From contig JAUQPL010000006.1 in the NCBI GenBank assembly GCA_030550395.1, positions 4,624 through 68,623 of the forward strand: a DNA stretch of 64,000 bases, written 5' to 3'. Below are positions 56,430-64,000 of this stretch, piece by piece. The number at the start of each line of letters is the position of its first letter. Position 1 is the stretch's first letter. The notes under the pieces are model-generated. The model was not told the origin of the DNA. It saw only the letters and a program-made list of their open reading frames with translations, and did no database searches. Source of the DNA: Bacteroidota bacterium. Lineage in GTDB: Bacteria; Bacteroidota; Ignavibacteria; Kapaibacteriales; HRBIN21. Position numbers and translations under genes: made by a program.

Positions 56430-58232
56430 ATGTGGAGAGTGTTCTGGACGTGGGGGGTGCTCGGATTAGGAGGAGCTTTGCTGTGGGGGCAGGTTTGGTT
56501 GGAATCTCAGGAACAGCTCCGAATGGCGCAAATGCTTGAGTCTGCTGGGGATTATGCGGGGGCAGTGCGCATCTATGAGCGGCTGTGTCGGTTGTATCCA
56601 GATTCGGTGTCCTACTTTTTGGGACTAAGTCGTGCTCTTGCGCGCCTACAGCAGGAGAAGGAAGCCCTGGAGCGTCTACGGAAGTTTACGGAACGCCATC
56701 CCCATTCTGCTGCCTTAGCGCTTGTAGGAGAGTTGTATTGGCGGGTACAGCAGCCCGATTCAGCGCGCTGGGCTTGGCAAGAGGCTCTTCGGCGCGCGCC
56801 TCAAGACCCACAGAGTTATCGTGCCGTTGCGTTTGCGCAAGCTGAGGTCCAACTCTTCGATGAGGCAATCAGGACTCTTCAGCAGGGGCGGCTCCGGCTC
56901 CGTTCCGATACGGTCTTTGCTGATGAGCTGAGTCGCTGGTATGTCCGGATTGGGGATGTAGAGCGCGGAGTGACGGAGACACTTCGGCTCTTGTCGCAAT
57001 GGAAGGAGCTGCAGGGGGTGCAGAACCGCCTGGCTGTTTATTTAGCTCTTCCAGAAGCGATATCGCGAGCGCGATCGGTCATTGAGCGGCGGGCGTCAGA
57101 GTATCGGCAAGATACTCTGCTGCAGTACCTGTTTGTGTGGTTTCTTGAGGAGATCAAAGAGTTTCGGGCAGCTTTGGAGCAAGTCCGCCGTTTGGATGAG
57201 CTCTACCAACGGGGAGGGATGGAGCTTCTGCGTTTTGCCGATGCTGCTCGGCAAAGCGAAGAGTTTGCGCTGGCGCTGGAGGCATATCAGGAAGTTCTGA
57301 AGCGTCATCCGGCTCGGGAGCTCCGTCTTCGGGCGCTTTACGGTTCTTTGCAAGCGGCTGAGCAATTGGTGCGGGGCGGGGTGCAGGATATCCCATGGCA
57401 GCGAATTCGGCGAGAGTATGAGGAGTTAGTTCGGCAAGCGGATACCCTACTGCTGAGCGCGGAAGTGCTGTATTCGTTGGGGATTTTTTTGCAGGATGTC
57501 GCTCAAGACTGGGTAGCAGCTGGCGAGAGCTTCCAAAGACTTCTCCGCGACTTTCCGCAGACGCGTTGGGCAGCGTGGGCGCTGGTGCATTTGGCTCAAT
57601 TGGCCCTTCGACAGGATGCGTTTGAGCAGGCGGGGAAGTACTTACAGCAAGCCATGGGATATGACACGCTCGTGCCCGATGCCGTTGAGCAAGCACGCTT
57701 ATGGCGGGCAGAGATGGAATTTTTCCGGGGCAATTGGGACAGTGCCCGTGCGCTATACGCTGCCGTGGCTATACAGACGGGGAGTCCAGTGGCGAATGAT
57801 GCGCTGCAGCGCCTTTTGCTCTTTGAGAGTGTGGGAGATAGTGCCCTTCTATACCGTTTTGCGCAGGCGGAGCGGGCATTCTTCCAGCGGCGCTTCGCTC
57901 GAGCCCAGGCGGAGTATAGAGCTGTGGCGGAGCGGGAGGGCGTTCCTGAACAGGTGCGGGAATTGGCGCTGCTCCGGGCGGCAGAAGCTGCTTATGCTCA
58001 GGGAGCGTGGGAACAGGTACAGCAGTTCCTGACGCGCTTGCTCAGTGAAGGAGATGATGTTCTGTACGGGGATAGAGCCTTGCTCCTTTTGGGGGATGTC
58101 TTAGAGCGTCAGCAGCGCTATGCGGAAGCAGTTTCAGTGTACCAACGTTTTCTCGTGCGGTATCCCGGCTCTATCTACGAGCGCGAAGTCGCGCGTCGGA
58201 TGCAACGCCTGCGAGAAAAACCGGGGCTTTAG
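56430..58232 (+). CDS. tetratricopeptide-repeat protein (secreted or periplasmic)
   Basis: Signal-like MWRVFWTWGVLGLGGALLWGQ, then repeated TPR-like A/L/Y-rich helical pairs throughout. Confidence 0.65.
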   Translation: MWRVFWTWGVLGLGGALLWGQVWLESQEQLRMAQMLESAGDYAGAVRIYERLCRLYPDSVSYFLGLSRALARLQQEKEALERLRKFTERHPHSAALALVGELYWRVQQPDSARWAWQEALRRAPQDPQSYRAVAFAQAEVQLFDEAIRTLQQGRLRLRSDTVFADELSRWYVRIGDVERGVTETLRLLSQWKELQGVQNRLAVYLALPEAISRARSVIERRASEYRQDTLLQYLFVWFLEEIKEFRAALEQVRRLDELYQRGGMELLRFADAARQSEEFALALEAYQEVLKRHPARELRLRALYGSLQAAEQLVRGGVQDIPWQRIRREYEELVRQADTLLLSAEVLYSLGIFLQDVAQDWVAAGESFQRLLRDFPQTRWAAWALVHLAQLALRQDAFEQAGKYLQQAMGYDTLVPDAVEQARLWRAEMEFFRGNWDSARALYAAVAIQTGSPVANDALQRLLLFESVGDSALLYRFAQAERAFFQRRFARAQAEYRAVAEREGVPEQVRELALLRAAEAAYAQGAWEQVQQFLTRLLSEGDDVLYGDRALLLLGDVLERQQRYAEAVSVYQRFLVRYPGSIYEREVARRMQRLREKPGL

Positions 58233-59002
58233 AGGAGGCGCTCTACAAGTTCCCGGAAGCGAAGCGCATCGTAAGGAGCGGTCCCAGCGGTGTTATTGAA
58301 GTAGGCGTACATCCGATATCCCTGCCGTAGGAACTCGGCTGTGGACTCTGCCCAGGGATACAGTTCCTGCTCCGTATACCGGTGGGCATAGCCACCCTGG
58401 AGCCCATGGAAACGCACGTAGAGGAATGGAGCTGTACGGAGGCGGAAGGACGGATACCGGAGAGAGCTACTCCAGACAATGGCAACGTTGGAGCTTTGGA
58501 GTAATTCCCACACCTCAGGGATGTCCCAGGAAGGATGACGGAATTCTATGGCGTGTTCCAGTCCATTACCGCAGACAATGGCAAGGAAACGGCGTAAGCG
58601 GTGCGTATCGCATGGGAAATGTGGGGGAAGCTGCCATAGGATGGGTCCTAATCGTGCCCCAAGACCGGAGATTGCGTTGCGGAAGCGCTGGAAAGTGGCT
58701 TCCTCTATCTGTAGTTGGTGCTCGTGAGTGAACGAGCGTGGTGCCTTGATAGCGAACCGGAATGTTGGAGGAACGGAGCGTGCCCAGGTCTGGAAGCGTT
58801 CCGGAGGAGGAAGGGTGTAGAAGGTGCTGTTGACTTCCACGGTAGGGAAGTGTTCGGCGTAGAAAGAGAGCCAGGCACGTGGAGGAAGGGAGGATGGATA
58901 CCAGTGATGACGCCATTCTCGATATGCCCAGCCGCTGGTACCAATAAAGTAGAGGGGAATTCCCACGGAAGGGAGATTCCCCTCTACCGACACAGAGGAC
59001 AT
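58229..59002 (-). CDS. DUF72 (UPF0759) family protein
   Basis: ...LYFIGTSGWAYREWRHHWYP... is the DUF72 N-terminal signature; 257 aa. Confidence 0.8.
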   Translation of the reverse strand: MSSVSVEGNLPSVGIPLYFIGTSGWAYREWRHHWYPSSLPPRAWLSFYAEHFPTVEVNSTFYTLPPPERFQTWARSVPPTFRFAIKAPRSFTHEHQLQIEEATFQRFRNAISGLGARLGPILWQLPPHFPCDTHRLRRFLAIVCGNGLEHAIEFRHPSWDIPEVWELLQSSNVAIVWSSSLRYPSFRLRTAPFLYVRFHGLQGGYAHRYTEQELYPWAESTAEFLRQGYRMYAYFNNTAGTAPYDALRFRELVERLL

Positions 59003-59005
59003 ATC

Positions 59006-61654
59006 CTACGGCGTTGTTTCAATCTCTATGGGGGTACTGATGAGGATTTGCACTGTGCGGTTGTAGAACCGTCCCTCAGGCAGGTCGTTAGTATAGAGCG
59101 GATCGTCTTCGCCGACACCACGAGCTGTCATGCTCTGATAGCGCCCCCTGGCATATGCTTCAATGGCTCGGTAGACGGTGCGGGCACGGTTTTCCGATAG
59201 CTTCTTGTTGTGGTCGTAAAGACCAACGACATCCGTGTGCCCGACGATTTCAATAGTGGAATTGGGGAAGACCCGTGGAAAGACGTATTCCCGTAGGATG
59301 CGCTCGTTGAGTGGTCCGGCGTCGTATCGGTCAAATGGGAAGAGGATGAGGTTGTACCGCTCAAGTGTTCGGTCTGCCATGCGTTCAATTTTCTTCTGTT
59401 CTGTGCTCACTTGCATGACGGGGATGGTGATTGGGTCAGAGACGCATTCCTGGCCCGTTTTGCTCTGGACAATTAAGCGGGCTTCGTAAGGGACCTCATC
59501 ACTGGGATATTCCCCGCGAGGGGTGACCCAGTCCCAGGTGGTAGACGGAGTGGAGGTGCCGATATTGGTCAGGATATTCCACGGTTGTCCCCTGCGAGTG
59601 ATTTCAATCCGACGACTTGCAACCAGGGCATCTTCAATTCCATTACGCATAACGAAGGTCATAGTCTCCGGCGAAGGCAACCGCTTCGGGTCGCGACTGA
59701 TGATGGGCTTGATGACTTCCCACTCTGTACAGATGAGCTCAACACGACGGTTCTCCACAATACCTTGGGGATCGTTGAGGTTTGAGGGTACTTGGGGAAG
59801 ATTCCGGACAGTGAGCTTCATCCGTTCGGGGCTAATGCCCCAGATGTCACGAAGGTACGTGAAGACCGCTTGGGCTCGCTCTTGCGACAGTCCGGGACGT
59901 TTCTCGGCCGGCGTTTTGTTGTCATTGCAGCCGACAATTTCCAGCTTTGCATGGGGATTCTTCCGGAGTCGGTACCCGTAGATGTTGAGGATGTGGTAGT
60001 ACTTCTCCAAGGTTCCGCCGGGGATGCGTTCGTCGCTAAAAGTATGGGTTTCCTCAGGCGAGCGGAACAAGACATAGCGCTCGGGGATTTTTGAAGAGCC
60101 CTCGTCAAAGAAGACGTAGTGCAGCAGTGGGAAAAGCTCAATGGAGGCAACCTCCTCCATGACCAAGCCGCGGAAATTCGCAATAGAGGGGTCGTCCTTT
60201 GCGCGCCGCTTGACGTAATCGGCCGGTTCAATTTGGGCTTGGAGAACAGGACGCTGACCCAACTTCAGTACAACGCGGATTTCCAAGCTTTGTTGGGCTT
60301 CCTCTTCGGTACGGACCTCTGGGGGTTTTTCGACATGTACCTTCTGCGTGACAGTACCATAGTTGGGATTGAAGGCACTGATTTCCAGATCGAATTCCTT
60401 CTGGTCACCGAAATCTGTAACGCTAACGACGTATTGGAACTCTGTTCTCACGGTTCCAGTGCCGGAGACGGTATCGGTTGTGACTCGTCCGGTGATGGGA
60501 TTGCGGATTGTGAGCTTTGCCGGGATGTCTGCACCGGTACACTCGTCAATGACACGTCCGACGATGTTGATGGCACGGAAGAAGGTCGGGACGAACGCCA
60601 TGAAGAGGTCATAATCACCTTGGTAACCCGGTAGGTCACGGCGTTTTGAACTGAAGTAGAGCACGTTGCCAGCTGCCGGGAGAGTCAGGAAGAGCTCGTC
60701 TTCGGAGGTGTTAATTGGAGGACCCAGATTCTGAGGTTTGGACCAAGTTCCATCAGGGGAGCGGCGGGTGATGTAGAAATCCAAACCGCCAAAGTTGGGC
60801 TTATGTCCGTCGGAGGCAAAGAAGAAGGTTTGATTGTCCGCAGCAATGAAGGGAGAAGCTTCACGGCCTGGCGTGTTTACTTCACGGAAATTGACCGCTG
60901 GTTTCCACTCGCCTCGTTCAAAGTCAAAATCGCTGTACCAGATGTCTAGGTTCCCTTCTCCGTGCGGGCCCGGTCTATTGGAGACGAAATAGATGCGGCT
61001 TTTATCCGGTGCGACCGAAGGTTGAGCATCCCAGGCGGAAGAGTTTACGTTCGGTCCCAAATTCCGCGGGCGTGCCCAGCGGTCCCCTTCAATTTCCGTC
61101 ACATAAATGTCACAGCTCCCCAAGCCGTCGGGGCGGTTGCAGCCAGTAAAGAAGAGGGTACGTCCGTCAGCAGCGATGGTGGCCACCCCTTCGTTGAAGC
61201 GAGTATTGACACCTAAATCGCCCAATTCCGTAGTGGTGTCAATGTTGAAGGGAGCGAAGAATACAGTGTCCAGGGGATTCTCTTTCTTCGCTGCCCAGAA
61301 GTCATGGGAGAAGTTCCCATCGGGTAATCGCTTTCCCCCCGGCCGGTTAGATACAAAGTACAGCGTTCGTCCATCGGCGGTAACCGTGGGGGCATAGTCT
61401 GCGTAGGGGGAGTTAACAACAGGCCCTAGGTTGATGATGCGGATGTAGCGGCTACCCAGAATAGTCTCCTGTTCCTGCTGAGTTGGGTGCGAAGGTTCAA
61501 TGACAGCAGCATATAGGAAGAGGGTACTCTCGGACATGGTTGAGGCTGCTGGGAACAGTGGAGAAGTTTGCAGCTCCTTCCGAGAGGCTCCCGCGCCCCA
61601 GAGAGGTATAGTTGCGAGGAGTGCTACAACAGCGAGCAAGTAGCCCGATACCAT
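59006..61654 (-). CDS. OmpA-family outer-membrane protein with PD40/TolB-like beta-propeller repeats
   Basis: Multiple ...YFVSNRPGGKRLPDGNF.../...YFVSNRPGPHGEGNLDIWYSDF... repeats and a C-terminal OmpA_C domain ...IEIVGHTDVVGLYDHNKKLSENRARTVYRAI... The start is refined to the ATG at 61654 (signal peptide MVSGYLLAVVALLATIPLWGAGAS; AGGAG SD). Confidence 0.8.
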   Translation of the reverse strand: MVSGYLLAVVALLATIPLWGAGASRKELQTSPLFPAASTMSESTLFLYAAVIEPSHPTQQEQETILGSRYIRIINLGPVVNSPYADYAPTVTADGRTLYFVSNRPGGKRLPDGNFSHDFWAAKKENPLDTVFFAPFNIDTTTELGDLGVNTRFNEGVATIAADGRTLFFTGCNRPDGLGSCDIYVTEIEGDRWARPRNLGPNVNSSAWDAQPSVAPDKSRIYFVSNRPGPHGEGNLDIWYSDFDFERGEWKPAVNFREVNTPGREASPFIAADNQTFFFASDGHKPNFGGLDFYITRRSPDGTWSKPQNLGPPINTSEDELFLTLPAAGNVLYFSSKRRDLPGYQGDYDLFMAFVPTFFRAINIVGRVIDECTGADIPAKLTIRNPITGRVTTDTVSGTGTVRTEFQYVVSVTDFGDQKEFDLEISAFNPNYGTVTQKVHVEKPPEVRTEEEAQQSLEIRVVLKLGQRPVLQAQIEPADYVKRRAKDDPSIANFRGLVMEEVASIELFPLLHYVFFDEGSSKIPERYVLFRSPEETHTFSDERIPGGTLEKYYHILNIYGYRLRKNPHAKLEIVGCNDNKTPAEKRPGLSQERAQAVFTYLRDIWGISPERMKLTVRNLPQVPSNLNDPQGIVENRRVELICTEWEVIKPIISRDPKRLPSPETMTFVMRNGIEDALVASRRIEITRRGQPWNILTNIGTSTPSTTWDWVTPRGEYPSDEVPYEARLIVQSKTGQECVSDPITIPVMQVSTEQKKIERMADRTLERYNLILFPFDRYDAGPLNERILREYVFPRVFPNSTIEIVGHTDVVGLYDHNKKLSENRARTVYRAIEAYARGRYQSMTARGVGEDDPLYTNDLPEGRFYNRTVQILISTPIEIETTP

Positions 61655-61719
61655 AAGAGTTCTCCTGGAACCCAGTGGAACATGCATGGTAGAGTGATTG
61701 CAAACTTATCGAGAGCAAG

Positions 61720-62520
61720 TTATTTGCGCCATGTTTTCCCAAGTGAGAAGACCAGATACCCTTGCCAAAGGCGGACGGTGGATGGGGGAGGAAGGACAGC
61801 CGAAAAGTGAAGGAGCCCATAAAGTCCAGCGCTGAGCCACCAGTTGGGGGTAATGACAACGTCAGCCCCTATATGGAAGAGTCCGCCCCAGTGGAGGCGG
61901 CTCGGGATAGAGGCTTCTTCTACGGTGAAGTTCTCCGTGGCGGGCAAGTAGATGCTTTCACCGGTGGGGAGGGATAAGCTTTCTGAAAGGAGGGCTTTGT
62001 CATGGCGGAGGGTCACCGACAGTGGAATAATAGCGGCTGGCCCTGCAGAGGCAACCAACCATGGGGCAGGGCGCCACCGCAAATAACCCCATAGGAGCAG
62101 CGAGGTGAGGGTAATTTCGGCGTGATTCCGTGTTTCAACAGGCAGCAGGAATGTATCGCTGGGAGCTTGGATAGAGAAAGGTTCTCGTGCCCGATACGAG
62201 GCTCGGAGTTGAAGTCGGTTTATCCAGGTAGAGGCACCCCATAGCCAGTTTTGGAGCAAGGGGCTACTGTAAGAAATACCGACAAGCCAACCGGTGCTCC
62301 TGCCATAAGTAAACTCCTGCGAGCAGCGGCTGTGGAAGGAACCCTGTTGAAGCCCCCAGCCGATCCCGGCAGAGAGAAGCAATTCTGGGGGATATTCTTG
62401 CACTGCTGGTGCCAGAGGTGAGGCAGGGGGCGTTACCTGCCGATCCTGGGACTGCAGGGTCAGGCTGCCGATGATGAGAAGGCAGTACAATCGTCCTATG
62501 TATGGGAAGGGTGCATACAT
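61720..62520 (-). CDS. hypothetical outer-membrane beta-barrel protein
   Basis: Signal-like N-terminus and alternating hydrophobic pattern. It lies immediately upstream of the PD40/OmpA gene on the same strand, mirroring the 6600..7463 / 5096..6586 pair. Confidence 0.35.
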   Translation of the reverse strand: MYAPFPYIGRLYCLLIIGSLTLQSQDRQVTPPASPLAPAVQEYPPELLLSAGIGWGLQQGSFHSRCSQEFTYGRSTGWLVGISYSSPLLQNWLWGASTWINRLQLRASYRAREPFSIQAPSDTFLLPVETRNHAEITLTSLLLWGYLRWRPAPWLVASAGPAAIIPLSVTLRHDKALLSESLSLPTGESIYLPATENFTVEEASIPSRLHWGGLFHIGADVVITPNWWLSAGLYGLLHFSAVLPPPSTVRLWQGYLVFSLGKTWRK

Positions 62521-62555
62521 TGGTCAATAGCAACTTCGCGAAAATCACGGAAGTG

Positions 62556-63920
62556 ATGGCAATGTCACGCGAGGATATCTCATCCATCGGAGAAGTGTCC
62601 CCTGCGCGGCTTTGGGCATGGAGACTCTTGCAGCGCGTTGAGCAGGACGACGCTTATGTTGATCGGCTTCTGGAAGTAACGCTCCGCCGTGTTGATCTCA
62701 CCGCTCCAGACCGAGCCCTGCTAACAGAATTGGTTCACGGTGTTGTGCGGTGGAAAAAGCGGCTGGATTTCATCCTTCAAGCTTTTTCCAGGCATCCGAT
62801 ACAGCGGTATCCTCTGCCAGTTCTGACAGCACTACGGTTGGGGGCGTACCAGCTGCTCTACTTGGATCGGATCCCTGAGTATGCTGTCATTCACCAGGCT
62901 GTGGAGCTGGTCAAGTCGCATGGTAAGGCAACAGCGGGTCTGGTGAATGCGATTTTACGTGCCCTCCAACGGCACCGTGGGGCACTGCCCGAGCCGACAC
63001 TGGAAGACACAGTTCGCTATCTAAGCCTTGCCCATTCGTATCCCGAGTGGATAGTACGCCGCTGGGTAGCACGATTCGGACCCGAGGAGACAGTCAAGCT
63101 CCTTCAGGTGCAAAACCGACGACCGAGGCTCTCTCTCCGAGTCAATCAGCGACGGATGGGCGTGGAGGAATTCCTTGTATGGCTCCAAGAACGAGGGAGC
63201 ACAGCATGGATGTCTCCGTATGTCCCGCAAGCTGTTGTCGTAGAGCGTTTAGCGCACGAGGTGCTGGAGGAAGTGATAAATCAGGGGTGGGCAAGTGTAC
63301 AGGATGTCAGTTCGTTGCTTGTCGTTCAGTTGGCCGATCCGCAGCCAACTATGCAGGTCATTGATCTCTGCGGAGCGCCAGGGGGCAAAGCGTGTGCAAT
63401 TGGCGAACGGCTGGGGGAGGAAGGACATCTGACCGTTGTAGACATTCATCCAGGACGACTCAACATTGTCAAGCGGGAGGCGCTTCGCTTGGGGATTGCT
63501 GATAGAATGAGCTTCTCTGTGACGGACGCTCGCTCCTTCCAGCATGTACCGGTAGACCTAGTCTTGTTAGATGCTCCGTGCTCAGGTCTGGGGACAATCG
63601 CAAAGAAGCCTGATATCAAATGGCGTCGCCGCGAAAGCGATATTGGCGCCCTTGCAAAGCTCCAACGGGAGCTTCTGGAGCATGCTGCTACGCTGGTTTG
63701 CCCTGGTGGGGTATTAGTGTACAGCACGTGTACGACGGAGCCCGAAGAGAACGAAGAGGTTGTGTTGGACTTTCTCCGCCGTCATCCGGAGTTTGTTTTG
63801 GAACCGGCTCAAAGGTGGCTGCCGGTCGAAGTATGTCAAGGAGGCTTTTTCCAGACATTGCCACATCGGCATCAGGATTGTGACGGAGCGTTTGCGGCTC
63901 GGCTGCGGCGAAGGGAGTGA
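62556..63920 (+). CDS. rsmB: 16S rRNA (cytosine-C5)-methyltransferase RsmB/Sun family
   Basis: N-terminal NusB-like domain, SAM motif ...VIDLCGAPGGKA... and catalytic ...LLDAPCSGLGT... Confidence 0.85.
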   Translation: MAMSREDISSIGEVSPARLWAWRLLQRVEQDDAYVDRLLEVTLRRVDLTAPDRALLTELVHGVVRWKKRLDFILQAFSRHPIQRYPLPVLTALRLGAYQLLYLDRIPEYAVIHQAVELVKSHGKATAGLVNAILRALQRHRGALPEPTLEDTVRYLSLAHSYPEWIVRRWVARFGPEETVKLLQVQNRRPRLSLRVNQRRMGVEEFLVWLQERGSTAWMSPYVPQAVVVERLAHEVLEEVINQGWASVQDVSSLLVVQLADPQPTMQVIDLCGAPGGKACAIGERLGEEGHLTVVDIHPGRLNIVKREALRLGIADRMSFSVTDARSFQHVPVDLVLLDAPCSGLGTIAKKPDIKWRRRESDIGALAKLQRELLEHAATLVCPGGVLVYSTCTTEPEENEEVVLDFLRRHPEFVLEPAQRWLPVEVCQGGFFQTLPHRHQDCDGAFAARLRRRE

Positions 63921-64000
63921 AGCTCCTAATTTTGAGGCTGTGCTATGGAACGGCGTATTGGGATTTTCGATTCTGGTATCGGTGGACTGACCGTCGCACG

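Noticed and set aside
1-64000. Scan for CRISPR arrays, tandem repeats, tRNA/rRNA, transposase or integrase genes
   Set aside because: No spacer-repeat periodicity, no cloverleaf-like segments in the short intergenic regions, and no IS/integrase-like ORFs were seen. Manual inspection could miss short ncRNAs, so cmscan, tRNAscan and minced should be run to confirm.

Overview
High-GC (~60%) bacterial chromosomal window, densely coding on both strands, with no rRNA, tRNA, CRISPR array, transposase or integrase visible by eye. The gene content points to a flagellated member of the Bacteroidota/Rhodothermota (FCB) group with a type IX secretion system (T9SS). The evidence is at least four proteins ending in a Por-secretion-tail C-terminal domain (CTD), a PorV-family outer-membrane protein directly downstream of a 1276-aa CTD protein (candidate PorU), a flagellin late operon (fliC-fliS-fliD-flaG-x-flgM) with a textbook sigma-28 promoter, and several PD40/OmpA outer-membrane proteins. 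Housekeeping genes include aconitase, transaldolase, histidine ammonia-lyase, imidazolonepropionase, glutamate dehydrogenase, 4-hydroxyphenylpyruvate dioxygenase, HslVU, a methylcitrate-cycle operon (prpC-prpD-prpB), glycogen synthase, RsmB and two ManC-like nucleotidyltransferases. The most unusual element is a 364-aa secreted protein (3975..5069, minus strand) with a single CXXCH heme motif at the mature N-terminus followed by a predicted beta-barrel, which is the Cyc2-type fused cytochrome-porin architecture of Fe(II) oxidisers. It lies in a tight minus-strand cluster (OM beta-barrel -> PD40/CarboxypepD_reg/OmpA protein -> Cyc2-like -> small secreted ORF), and the beta-barrel-plus-PD40/OmpA pair recurs at 59006..62520. 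Other notable points are a decayed ECF sigma pseudogene, a ManC paralog with a degenerate nucleotide-binding loop next to a DUF2723 (GT-C) membrane protein, and a 2-oxoacid dehydrogenase E1-alpha gene with an HTH-like N-terminal extension between hslU and the prp operon. Gene calls follow the supplied ORF track, which uses ATG/GTG/TTG starts; where a start is refined I state the reason. All functional calls are by motif recognition only, as no searches were run.
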